A stretch of DNA of 64,000 nt from Lepidodermella squamata (taxonomy: Eukaryota; Animalia; Gastrotricha): NCBI GenBank assembly GCA_047495785.1, contig JBLDXI010000054.1:124001-188000 (forward strand), read 5' to 3'. The notes beneath the pieces are model-generated. The model did not search any database. It worked only from the letters and a program-made list of their open reading frames with translations, and was not told the origin of the DNA. Positions within the stretch are counted from its first letter, which is position 1; each line of letters starts with the position of its first letter. Position numbers and translations under genes: made by a program. Positions 1 to 10,885 of this stretch are shown here, piece after piece.

Positions 1-1180
1 ATTCATCTTCCCACATTGTCGCGACGTCCAAAGCAGTCTCACCCACGTCATTCGTTACATTTACATCAACACCAAGATCGAGCAAGGCCACAAGAGTTTG
101 CTGCCGATCTTTTGACGCTGCTGAAGACATGAGAGCGGTATAGCCCGCATCTTTAGCCCGAATGTTGAAATCGTAGCCTTTACTGGCTAAGTACTGCATA
201 ATTTCAACAAGAGCCCAGTCGCTCACCTGCCAACCATTTCGCCATTGAAGGCGATAGTCGCAGGCTGCAGCTTTCGACCTTGAATTAACGTCATTCTGTC
301 CGATTTCAATGGCAAACTTGATAAACGTTAAAAGGCCCGACCCAGGACGATTAATTTGACAAGCTTGAAGCAGCATATTATCACTTTGGTTATTTCGAGC
401 CTGCGCATCCGCTCCTTGGTCGATCAAATATTGGAGTAGACCGATGGAATACCCAGTCCTAGGCGCGATCAGCAAAGGCGTGTTGTCTTCCTTGTCTCTC
501 GCATTGACTTCCATTTTGAACTGTTCGACCAGTAATCGAGCGAAGGGCACGGGATCAATAGTGTCAACCGCGCAAAGTAAGTGAAGGGCAGTTTGTCCGG
601 CGGAGTTTCTGGAATCAGGCGATTCGAATGGTAACAAGTAGTAAACAAGCCGAAGATATTCTTGAGTGATTGGGCCGTCAAAAGCAACCATCAACGCCGA
701 CTGGTTCTTCTGGTCTCGAAAATCCGTCCTTGCTGCGAACTTTTCAACGAGAAGTCTCGCTAGGTCCAGCCGGCCATTTCTTGCTGCCCAGAGAAATGGA
801 GTTTTTGAATCGTCTCTAGCGTTGAAGTTTTGGCCGCTTCGCTGTTTGTTGAAGCCATCGACATTTGCACCATTTTGTAGTAGTAATTCGACCATTTCGT
901 AGCTCTGATTTGTTCGAATTGCATTAACTAAAGCCGGGGCTCGGCTTCCTGGTTGGTAATATGCCGTGGAATTTGCGTTAACAAGGCCCGAATTCAACAT
1001 TTGCTGAACTGAAGAAATTTGGCCCGACATAACAGCTTGGTTGAAAGCCTAAATGAGCATCTTGAAACCTGAAGTAGCCAAACATGTTCAAGGTCTTACG
1101 CTGTCGTAATCGATCGCCCTTGCGTGAATGATTGCACCCAGGAAACATATTTCGAGCAAAAATACGTAGATGGTTATCAT
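1..1180 (-). CDS. Ankyrin-repeat protein with N-terminal signal peptide (Ank-1); 3' end runs off the window
   Basis: Exon 1 at 1180-1100 (MITIYVFLLEICFLGAIIHARAIDYDS), GT-AG intron 1099-1049, then an open frame from 1048 to position 1 with ankyrin motifs (TPFLWAA, GQTALHLL, NTPLLIA, GYTALM, GETALDVA). Paralog of 12521-14030. Confidence 0.85.
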
Positions 1181-1230
1181 TTGACTGCTTCGGAAAATAT
1201 GTATGAAATAAGTCTGAATTCAACGACACG

Positions 1231-1643
1231 TGAATGTTTTTTCAGCTGTCATTAAGCAATATTATAACACGATTCTACTACGGCATTGCCGAGCGTGGTC
1301 ATCCAGGTTTGCCAAAAAGGTTTTTTCCACCTTGAGGAATTTTGTTTTTCTACTTAGGTAAATGGCAAACCTTTGACATGCAAATATTTAATTTTTGAAA
1401 TAATGCTCAAATCTAAGGGACAGGAATGTTTTTTCAGCTATTGTTAAGATAATATAAAAACAGGATTCTACTACGGCATTGCCGAGCGTAGTCATTCAGT
1501 TGTATGCCAAAGAGGTTTTTCCACCTTTAGAAATTTATTTTTTTCTCCTCAATCACGTAGCGCTATTGTGTGCTCAAGCCATCTTCGTGATGATATGGTC
1601 ACCCAGTTTTGCATCATGGCCACTGTTTACTGAGGCAAAAAAT
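1231..1643. repeat. Duplicated upstream non-coding module of the ankyrin genes (two tandem copies, ~1231-1353 and ~1424-1643)
   Basis: GAATGTTTTTTCAGCT...ATTCT(ACT)ACGGCATTGCC...TTTTTCCACCTT occurs twice here and once at ~14088-14295, upstream of the paralogous ankyrin gene. Confidence 0.8.
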
Positions 1644-1654
1644 CGCTAATAGAG

Positions 1655-1842
1655 TGTAACAGTATAACACTTGTGATATTTCGATATTGTTCTCGTTATT
1701 ATGATACGCTTCTATTGCGCAGTCGTTGATTGATAATCATTGGCGTTATAAGCACGCGTTTGTACCATGGATCTTTATTCTGGTTATTTCCTTGTTTTAA
1801 TAAACACCAATGTTGCCTTAAGGGTGTCGTTGTTTGCTTACA
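1655..1842 (+). repeat. 5' LTR
   Basis: TG...CA termini, TTATAA at 1746-1751, AATAAA at 1799-1804. Differs from the 3' LTR at one position (C1807 vs T6468). Confidence 0.97.
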
Positions 1843-1855
1843 AAATAACCAGAAT
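1843..1855 (+). promoter_or_regulatory. Primer-binding site complementary to the element's own LTR (self-priming)
   Basis: AAATAACCAGAAT is the exact reverse complement of ATTCTGGTTATTT at 1777-1789. There is no TGG-type tRNA PBS. Confidence 0.85.
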
Positions 1856-1894
1856 CAATTCATCGTCTTTGGCCCTACCCAACATTGGTGTGCG

Positions 1895-4800
1895 ATGTCG
1901 ATGCCTGCACCTACGACTGAGCAAGTCGAAGCTCTCGCCAGCCAACTTGCGGCTGTAACTGTTCAGCTCAAGGAACTTCAGGGCACCAAGGCAAGTTTCG
2001 AACCACGACGTGGCTCCAAACCAGCGACTTACGATGGCGACCGAAAATCTTTTCGAAGCTTCATGAACCAGTGCGAACTCTATTTGAAAATGAATCCGAC
2101 AATTTACTCAACTGAACCGCTCTGTGTCGGCCTGGTTTTGTCACTTCTTTCTGGCCCGGCTCGCGACTGGGCTGCGCCGCTCATCGAGAAAAAGGAAGAT
2201 TTTCTGGATGATTGGAAAACCTTCAAAATTCGTTTTGCTGCGGCCTTCGATGATCCTGATCGGAAGGCTACGGCCCTGTATCGGTTGGAAAAACTGGTTC
2301 AAGGCAATCGGCCAGTATCGATCTACGCATCCGAATTCAATCAAATCAGCGTGGATCTGGATTTTAATGATGCGGCTTTGCGTCACCAATTTCGACTTGG
2401 TTTGAATGGCGAAATTAAGGATGTGTTGGCTTACAGCGAACCATGCACTACTCTGAAGGCGTTGACCGACCAGGCCAATCGAATCGATATCAGGCTGTCC
2501 GAGCGGCGTGCCGAAAAGCAACGTGAACCGACTCGTCGACCAGCAATTTCTTACCGCGCTTCTACAATGGAGCCGTCTGCGAATCAAGTTTCAACTTCAA
2601 CGAACACCAGCGATGCTGAACCTGCTCCGATGGAGATCGGCAGAGTTGCTAGGGCGCCTCTAAGCAACGCGGAAAAGGAACGACGCCGGCGTCTGGGTCT
2701 TTGCTTCTATTGTGGCTCTGCTGATCACTTGTGTGCTCGATGCCCGAACGCGTCCGGCCGTCGAAGGCCAGTTCGAATTTTTAACAATGTCAACACGAAA
2801 AAGCTAAGTGATGATTACAATAAAATTGAAGATGATGATTGTTATTCAGTTGAGCTTTTTGTAATTCAAGGTATGATCGTTGAACCGCTGACTGACCAAG
2901 GCACATTTGCTCTCGCGATGGTTGATTGTGGCGCCGAAGGGAACTTCATCGATGCCAAATTCGCCCGCCAACGAGGCATTCCGCTGGTCCCGAAAGCAAG
3001 GCCGCCGCGCGTCGAAGGCATTGACGGTCGGCCGCTTGGCACTGGCGTCGCTGAACTTGAAACTGTTTCGCTGCTTTTCGAAGTTGCCGGCCACAAAGAG
3101 CTGATCAAATTTGATGTTATCGAGAGCCCGCATTACAACGTGATTCTCGGCATGCCTTGGTTGAAGCTTCACAATCCGTACATCAACTGGGACGAGAACA
3201 TTATTCATTACACGTCGAATTACTGTAAACATCACTGCCAATGTGATGGCCAAGAAAATACGGCTGCTGGTCGATTACTCTTGGGCAGCATTCGCGAAGA
3301 ACTTCCGAAGAGCACTGGAAACGCTTCAACTGCCCAGCATTTGCCTGAGAAATACCGCGAATTCAGCGACGTCTTCGATGAAAAAGAAGCTGACAAGCTT
3401 CCGCCCCGTCGTTCTTACGATTGCTGTATCGACATTGAACCTGGTAAAACTCCGCCGTTCGTCCCTATCTACAGCCTCTCCGAAACCGAGCTTGAAGTGC
3501 TTCGAAACTACCTCAAAGATAACTTGGCAAAGGGTTTTATCCGTCCGTCCAAATCATCGGCATCATCCCCAATCATGTTCGTGACGAAAAAAGATGGCAG
3601 TTTACGCCCAGTTGTTGATTATCGTGGTCTAAATCGAGTAAGTAAGAAGGTACGATATCCGCTGCCGTTAATACCGCAACTACTTGATCGCATCGGCAAG
3701 GCAAAAGTGTTCACCCGTCTGGACTTAAAAAATGCCTACAACCTGTTAAGAATTCGCGATGGCGATGAATGGAAGACAGCCTTTCGTTCGTGCTACGGCC
3801 TATTCGAATATTTGGTTATGCCCTTTGGATTGTCCGGGGCCCCGGCGGCATTCCAGCATTTTATGAACGATATCTTTCGCGATATGATCGACATTTTCGT
3901 CATCGTCTATTTAGATGACATTTTGATCTTCTCAAATTCGCTGGCCGAGCATGAAATTCACGTCAAAATGGTGCTACAACGGCTTCGAGAAAACAAGTTG
4001 TTCGCTAAGCTCACAAAATGCGAGTTCGAAGTTGAGAAAGTGGAGTTTCTTGGATTTCTTGTCGGCACGGATGGGATCACCATGTCGCCAGCGAAGGTTG
4101 AAGCTGTCCGAAGCTGGAAAAGCCCGACCAACCTCAGGGAAGTTCAAACTTTTTTAGGCTTTGCTAACTTTTATCGTCGATTTATTAGAGATTTTGCCTC
4201 GATAACAAAACCGCTGACCCGATTGATGCGCAAAAACTCGGTCTTTGTCTGGAGCCGTCAAGCTGAAGAAGCCTTCATGGAATTGAAGAAACGATTCACG
4301 CAAGCGCCCGTGTTGATTCACCCTGATCAAAGGAAGCCATTCACTGTCGAAACCGATGCGTCCAATTATGCAGTTGGTTGCATTCTCTCTCAAGTGGCGG
4401 CAGATGGCCATCTTCATCCTTGTGCGTTCTACTCTCGAAGCCTCACAGCGGCTGAACAGCGGTACGGCGTACATGACAAGGAACTGCTGGCTATCAAGGT
4501 CGCGTTTGAACAATGGCGTCACTACCTTGAAGGCGCCCGCCATCAAATAACAGTTTACACTGATCATCGGAATTTGGAGTTCTTCGAATCGAAGGTGAAG
4601 GTTCTGAACCAACGGCAAGCAAGATGGGCGATGCTCTTTGCAAGGTTCGACTTCGTCATCAAGTTTCGGCCTGGTTCACAGGGCGGTAAGGCCGACGCAC
4701 TCTCAAGGAAATCGGAACATCGGTCCTCCGTCGCTGTAACCGAACCCGAATTTGTTTTCCAATCGAAAAATCTGAAGATCATGGCTCTTCGCTCGTTTGT

Positions 4801-6303
4801 TTACTCGAAAAACCCGTGGCATGACCGCATTCGCAAAGCCCAGGAGAAGGACGAGTTTGTCATTGCTGCTCGCAATTTGCTCGCCGGAAAACGTGCCTCG
4901 ATCAATCTCGACGTGACTCGATTAAGCTTATCAAATGAGATCCTGATGTACGAGAATCTAATTTACGTGCCAGAATCCATGCGTCTCGAAGTCGCGACAC
5001 GACGAAAAGGTCGCCGGGCACCCTGGAATTGCGAAAACGCTCGAGTTGGTCTCAAGAGATTACTGGTGGCCGCGACAACGCGACTTCGTACGGACCTTCG
5101 TTCTCTCGTGCGAAACTTGCGCCAGAGTCAAGAGTCAGAGTCAGAGTCAAGAATCACCGTCACAAACCCTACGGTCTCCTCCAGGCGTTACCGACGCCGA
5201 CCCGACCTTGGTCGTCGATTTCGATGGATTTTGTTGTTGAACTTCCGCCATCCAACGGTATGACATGTATTTTAAATGTTGTTGACCGTTTAACTAAAAT
5301 GGTTCATTTTATTGCATTTCCGGGACTACCGACTGCTGAGCAAACGGCGCAAGCTGTTTTGGATCAAGTTTTTCGTCTCCATGGTCTGCCGGAGGATACC
5401 ATCAGTGACCGCGGAACACAGTTTTCGTCGCATTTCTGGAAAAGATTCCTCGAATTACTCAATTGCCAAGTCAAAATGTCGACGGCGTTTCACCCCGAAA
5501 CTGACGGGCAAACGGAACGTGTCAATTCTTGCCTCGAACAATATCTACGCTGTTACTGTTCTTATCAACAAGATAACTGGTTCGAGCTACTCCCTTTCGC
5601 TGAATTTTGCTACAACAATTCCATTCATGATTCAATCAAAACCTCGCCATTTTTCGCAAATTACGGGTTTCATCCTCGCTTCGATTTTACGACACCGTCC
5701 ACTACTCAAGTACCTCGAGCCGAATTTCGAGCAAAGCAGCTAAGCGATTTGTCTGAAGTTTTGACCAGCCATCTTGAAATTGCTAAGCAAAACTACAAGA
5801 AATTCGCCGATCGTCATCGTCAAGAAGCACCAGATTTTAAGCCGGGTGACAAGGTCTGGTTGAATGCCTCGAATTTAATTACGAATCGACCTTCAAGGAA
5901 GTTGGATTTCAAGAACCTGGGCCCATTTCTCATCGAAAGATTGGTCGGAAATCGTGCGGTCAAGCTTCAACTCCCTGCTTCGATAAAAATTCATCCGGTG
6001 GTACATGTTTCTTTGTTGGAACCTTTCATTGCTAATGTCATCGAAAATCGAACCCAGCCGCCGCCACCGCCTGTTGAAGTTGACGGCGAAGAAGAGTTCG
6101 AAGTCGAATCTATCGTTGACTCCAAGTTCGAACGTGGAAAATTGAAGTATTTGGTTGAGTGGCGTGGCTACGGCCCAGAGGAACGGACTTGGGAACCTGC
6201 TTCAAATGTTCGAAATTCTTCGGAGCTAGTTGCGAAATTTCACGCGGAGTATCCCAGGAAGCCGGGCCCATGTCGCACGTTCTCGAAGCGACGCTCACCT
6301 TGA
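1895..6303 (+). pseudogene. Single-ORF Gag-Pol polyprotein, disrupted by two frameshifts in the integrase zinc finger
   Basis: ATG at 1895. Retrotransposon Gag, zinc knuckle CFYCGSADHLCARC, protease VDCGA, RT YLDD, RNase H (ETDAS, DKELLAI, TDHRNL, ADALSR), integrase HDEKVAGHPG...CETC (shifted frame ~4995-5130) and SMDFV/SDRG/GQTER, GPF motif, C-terminal chromodomain (FEVESIVDSK...YLVEWRGYGPEERTWEP). Confidence 0.93.
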
Positions 6304-6315
6304 AGGAGGGTATAG
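6302..6315 (+). other. Polypurine tract
   Basis: GAAGGAGGGTATAG lies immediately 5' of the 3' LTR. Confidence 0.85.
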
Positions 6316-6503
6316 TGTAACAGTATAACACTTGTGATATTTCGATATTGTTCTCGTTATTATGATACGCTTCTATTGCGCAGTCGTTGATTGATAATCA
6401 TTGGCGTTATAAGCACGCGTTTGTACCATGGATCTTTATTCTGGTTATTTCCTTGTTTTAATAAACATCAATGTTGCCTTAAGGGTGTCGTTGTTTGCTT
6501 ACA
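6316..6503 (+). repeat. 3' LTR
   Basis: 187/188 identical to the 5' LTR and followed by the TSD TAGAG. Confidence 0.97.
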
Positions 6504-6858
6504 TAGAGCCAGTACAGTGTGGTCTGAAACTAGTGAGGAACGCACACAAATAATGGCTAATGATCACGAGGCTAATCCATTTCATCAATCCATTGATCAT
6601 CTTCAATTCAATGGCGCACATTTGATATCAATATCGAGATAACAAATCAGATCTTATAAAAGTTCTTGAAAAATAGGGTCTAAATAAAATAAAATCAGAT
6701 CAGATCCAAAGCACTGCTAAGATTCTCCCTAGAATATCACCGACAAAATTTAGTTAAAAAACGTTTCAGAGGCTCAGCATTCAGATCAGTATTCAGCTTT
6801 TCCAGTCTTTCCTCGCGACAGTCCTGGCGGAACAAATATCACGCACTCCGCCTGAATA

Positions 6859-7187
6859 AGTCTGGTCGGATAGGACGAATTCGGCCGGTTTGATTGAATT
6901 TCAATAGCGTCGTCATTTTTAATTTCCAACTCGAAAGAATCCACAGAAATGCCGATGAGGCTGTGGCGGACACGGGGGTATCTTTTGTTTGATCAAAAAT
7001 TAGATCAGAAATCTATGAAATTTGTTCAAAAATATCGAAATTTCACTCTCAGGTTGACTATTTTCAACAACAAAGATACCCCGTGTCTGCCACATCGGCA
7101 TCTGTGTAAATTCTTTCGAACTGTGTAAAATGACGACGCTATTGAAATTCAATCAAACCGGCCGAATTCGTCCTATCCACCCAGACT
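6859..7187. mobile_element. Foldback MITE with TA flanks (Tc1/mariner-type)
   Basis: Left arm AGTCTGGTCGGATAGGACGAATTCGGCCGGTTTGATTGAATTTCAATAGCGTCGTCATTTT is mirrored at ~7127-7187. Inner arms are also complementary. TA on both sides. Confidence 0.75.
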
Positions 7188-7467
7188 TATTTGCTATTTT
7201 CAAATAGCTAGTATGTCCTGCCATGCAAGATAACGGCGTTTTGGTCTAAAAGCCTTGTAGCCAACATCGAAAAGCAATATTCATCAAAAGGGCGATCAGG
7301 AATTCATCGAATTCAATTTTCGGCGAATTTTCAAAGTCGAAATCGTCCTTCTCGCCGTGAAAGGGTTAAGAGAAAACCCAGTAAAAAGTCTAGACTAGGC
7401 TACTAGGCCTATCATAAGTCTTATTGCACCAAGCCTAGTTCAGGTCTTCGCCTAGTCTCAGCTTAAC

Positions 7468-7892
7468 AAGAGCTTTGGATTTGATTTGGTTTGATTTACA
7501 GCCTAAATCACGGACCTCCTTCAATCAATCAAAATCAATAATTGTCCCAATTTTCAAGGACAAAATCAATCAAATCAAATCATCGACACCCATAAATCAC
7601 TATTAATCGCGAAACATCGGGATTTCTAGTAATGCTGGGGGCTTCGAAATGTCAAGAAGAAGATACAATACGCGAATTTGAAAACACTGTCCCTTTCTAA
7701 AGCAAATTTTCAGGAAAAAGGAGGAGAGATTATAGTTTCGCGGTATCAAGTTTTTCGATTGCATCACCAAGGGTAAATCAAAATCAATGAAATCAAAATG
7801 CTTTCCCGCGTAAATCAATCAATTCAAATCTAAATAAGCGAAAATAGGGTCTAAATCAAATCAAATCAAATCAAATCAAATCCTAGGCACTT
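7468..7892. mobile_element. hAT-like MITE family 1 (ATCAA-rich); other copies at 10433-10826 and a partial right end at ~6620-6716
   Basis: Terminal inverted repeats GAGCTTTGGATTTGATTTG / CAAATCAAATCC..GCACT. Internal sequence is collinear with 10433-10826. Confidence 0.7.
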
Positions 7893-8167
7893 GGCCCAAC
7901 ATCAAAGCTTTGAACATTTATTTGGCCCGATAATGCTGGGCCTAGCCAATTTTCTAAATCCAGACTAGGCTTAGGATTTGAGTGAAATCGACTGCATATA
8001 TACGTTATTTGTGTGTACGATATGTCCGTTTCCCAAAATTCCAGAGGCAAATCGCAAGAATTTGTGAAATCATTGCACCTAGATGAGGTAATTTTTTTTT
8101 TACAGAGAAAAGTGCTGCTAGTCTCAATATATCGGTTTACTCAATAATCATTCTTCTTGATATAATA

Positions 8168-9619
8168 CAGTGACACCTCCAAAAATGCAACCTCCATAAA
8201 ACCTCCATTTTAGCCAATTTAGCCAATTCGGCGATTGAGATTTTCAATTTCAAAAAAGGCAATCTTTTTCGGTTGATCGCTGCTCACATTTTGCATTACC
8301 ACATCAAGTGATTTTTTCCGGCACGCGACTCAAAAAGCAAAATATCACACATAAATGTACTAGCGTATCAGATCTACTGTATTTAGGTATTCAATCTAAG
8401 TACTTGAAACTAATTTCTAATCATTCCCGTATTATCCGAAATAATTTGTTCGCTTCGACGTAGCGGAAAATTTTGAGATACCAAGCAAATTCAGCCGTCA
8501 TGCTCTTCATAAAATGATAAGCAGTGGGCAAAAAACCATGCAGCTCGTATATAGCCAAGCCCTTAAGTCATGGTTCTGATGATTTGCTATTCCGCGTTTC
8601 TTGAATTCAGGGTTTCACGTGGGAATGAACTCGAATATTGAGCATAATTTCATTCCTAATACAACAATGAGTGCGTTTCTTTATTCTGTTGAATTTTATT
8701 TTATTCTTGCTGTTTTTAACAAGGGAAGGAAGGGAAACTCAATTAAATGCAAAACGTTTTGTAGGGTAAACTCATCACTAATTCACTTTTTCAAGACGCT
8801 GAAAACAGCCTCGGAATCAGCTCGACGAGGAGAAGACGTTAGGCTATTAAAACGCGGAGAAAAACTGATTTTCTGATTTTAAAATTTTCCAAAAATAATT
8901 ATTTCTCCGCGTTTTAATAGCCTAACGTCTTCTCCTCGTCGAGCTGATTCCGAGGCTGTTTTCAGCGTCTTGAAAAAGTGAATTAGTGATGAGTTTACCC
9001 TACAAAACTTTTTGCATTTAATTGAGTTTCCCTTCCTTCCCTTGGTTTTTAAGCAAAATAAACTCGCGTGCCTCTTAACATGCGTAAAACACACCGGCTT
9101 TAAAGAAATGTCATGTTTTTTTCGATTTTATAAAACAAAAAATCAGAAACACGAGTTTAGAAACGCACTCAATATTGTTCGATGTGAGCCTAACTGGAAA
9201 CATGACGAAAATGAGTAGTTTCGATTTATTGATACCAAACATGTGCTACCCTGCATGCAGACTTTAAAAAAGGGATTAGTACTCACAATTCTGAAACTTT
9301 GTTTTTAAAGCAAATTATCATAAATTCGACAGAATTTGCATGTTAGCCTCCGAAGTTACCAGTATCTTTTTGTTTGCAGCGCAGGGGGAATAACGACTTG
9401 GTCAACTCCATCGATAATCAATGAAAGTTTACTGAATTCGCCCAGGCTTATCCCAAAATATGGCTAACCTGTAAAATCAAGCAACTAAGAAAAAACATTT
9501 AGCGACGCACTTATGATTCATCGCTAGCTCTTTAACAGCCCTCTATAAATGCAAACCTCCGTAAATCGTAAATGCAAACGCCCGTCTCCCAACCCTTTGC
9601 ATTTATGGAGGTCGTACTG
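8168..9619. mobile_element. Non-autonomous pogo/Tigger-like DNA element
   Basis: TA-CAGTGACACCTCCAAAAATGCAA at the left end and TTGCATTTATGGAGGTCGTACTG-TA at the right end (imperfect ~23-bp TIR, TA flanks). Confidence 0.6.
8718..9047. repeat. Near-perfect ~140-bp inverted repeat (foldback) with a ~40-bp spacer
   Basis: 8718-8862 is the reverse complement of ~8902-9047 with very few mismatches. This produces the mirrored ORFs 8601-8876(+) and 8879-9094(-). Confidence 0.9.
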
Positions 9620-10432
9620 TACCAGATATATCTGTCGGAAACAGCAACGTGGCAGTATAAGGTTAAAGGTTCGAGGTTCGGGAACGTAGGTGGTAGTTGC
9701 CGCAAGTATTCCAGAAAAAACTGATGAAAATCAATGTTCACAAGTTATTTGAAATATTTAATAGCAATAATATTTAACAATGTTTTGATTAGAAAATCGG
9801 CATTAGTCAATGTTTTTCCCGTAGTATTTCAAGCATATAAGAAGACAGCCGACGTCTTTTTCTAATTATGGCTCGATAGATGTAACCGCTGAGCCTTTCT
9901 TGTGACTTTTTTGCAGTTCTCAGGCGGTGGTGATTACCTAAACATTGATTTTTTCAATAAACTACTACAAACCGAAATACCTACCACTTCGGATATGATT
10001 CATAGCGCACGCCCTTTTTGTGATAATTTGGTGATCAGGGCAGTAAAGCAATATGTAACCGCAAAAGCAGTATTACCTCTAACACTTGAGCGGGACATAT
10101 CAGGTAAGACACTTTAGCCAATCGGCGACCGGCCATATTAGGCATACAGGTTAGGCATACAGGCCGAAGGCCGAACGAATGCATACCGGAAAAGCCATGA
10201 TGCTCTGTGAAGGACTGACGCCCGGTCACTAAACTCGGCCATTGTGACAATCAAATCATTGGGCGGGACTCATTATGCAGTTATTACCTGCAATAGTAAT
10301 AAATATGAACTAACTTATTGCTGTCTAGTTCTGTTGTAGAAAAAACTGCGATCTTCTTTATAGAGAGCTATATAGAGAGCTAAGATCTGTGATTAAGAAA
10401 TAGAAAACGCTTTTTTAGATCTCTGTTTATAG

Positions 10433-10826
10433 CGGAGCTTTGGATTTGATTTGAATTGATTTACGGTTTAAGTCACGGACCTCCCTCGATCAATGTAAGT
10501 CAATCAATGTCGAAATTTTACGGAACTATATCAATCAAATCGAATCATCGACACCGATAATTCAAAATAAATGACGACACATCAGGATTTTCACCAATCT
10601 TGGGGCTTTGCAAATTCAAGAAATTCGCTGTCCCTCTCCAGAGTAAACTTCTATCAAAAAAAAGCCGGAAGTTTTGTTTACCGGCATCCGAGATTTCAAA
10701 TTTTCCATTGCATCCATCGCCGTAAATCAAAATCGAAATCAAAAGGTCTCCACGCCTAAATCAATCATTATAAATATTATAAATCACCAAAAATAGAGTC
10801 TAAATCAAATCAAATCCAAAGCACTG
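10433..10826. mobile_element. hAT-like MITE family 1, second copy
   Basis: CGGAGCTTTGGATTTGATTTG...CAAATCAAATCCAAAGCACTG. Flanks GTTTATAG/GTTCAAAG match at 6 of 8 positions (decayed 8-bp TSD). Confidence 0.7.
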
Positions 10827-10885
10827 GTTCAAAGGATATAGCTATCAGCTTCTCGAAAGTCTGTTATATTATGCCAGTTGTTTGA

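Larger units (their letters stand above)
1655..6503 (+). mobile_element. Full-length Ty3/Gypsy LTR retrotransposon, chromovirus (Tf1/Sushi-like)
   Basis: 188-bp LTRs TGTAAC...CTTACA at 1655-1842 and 6316-6503. 5-bp TSD TAGAG at 1650-1654 and 6504-6508. Domain order gag-PR-RT-RH-IN-chromodomain. Confidence 0.97.

Noticed and set aside
1730-1894. N-terminal 55 aa of the 1177-aa ORF, and ORF 6391-6642
   Set aside because: Both begin at a non-ATG codon inside the LTR. The real Gag start is more plausibly ATG 1895.
4985-5160. Programmed ribosomal frameshifting in pol
   Set aside because: The shifts fall inside the integrase zinc finger, one is an obvious slippage duplication, and I saw no canonical slippery site.
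7855-7882. (TCAAA)n and other short repeats as CRISPR-like or telomeric arrays
   Set aside because: They are subterminal repeats of a MITE, with no spacers, in a eukaryotic context.
8601-9094. Two near-identical small ORFs on opposite strands
   Set aside because: Artefact of the inverted repeat, with no protein features.
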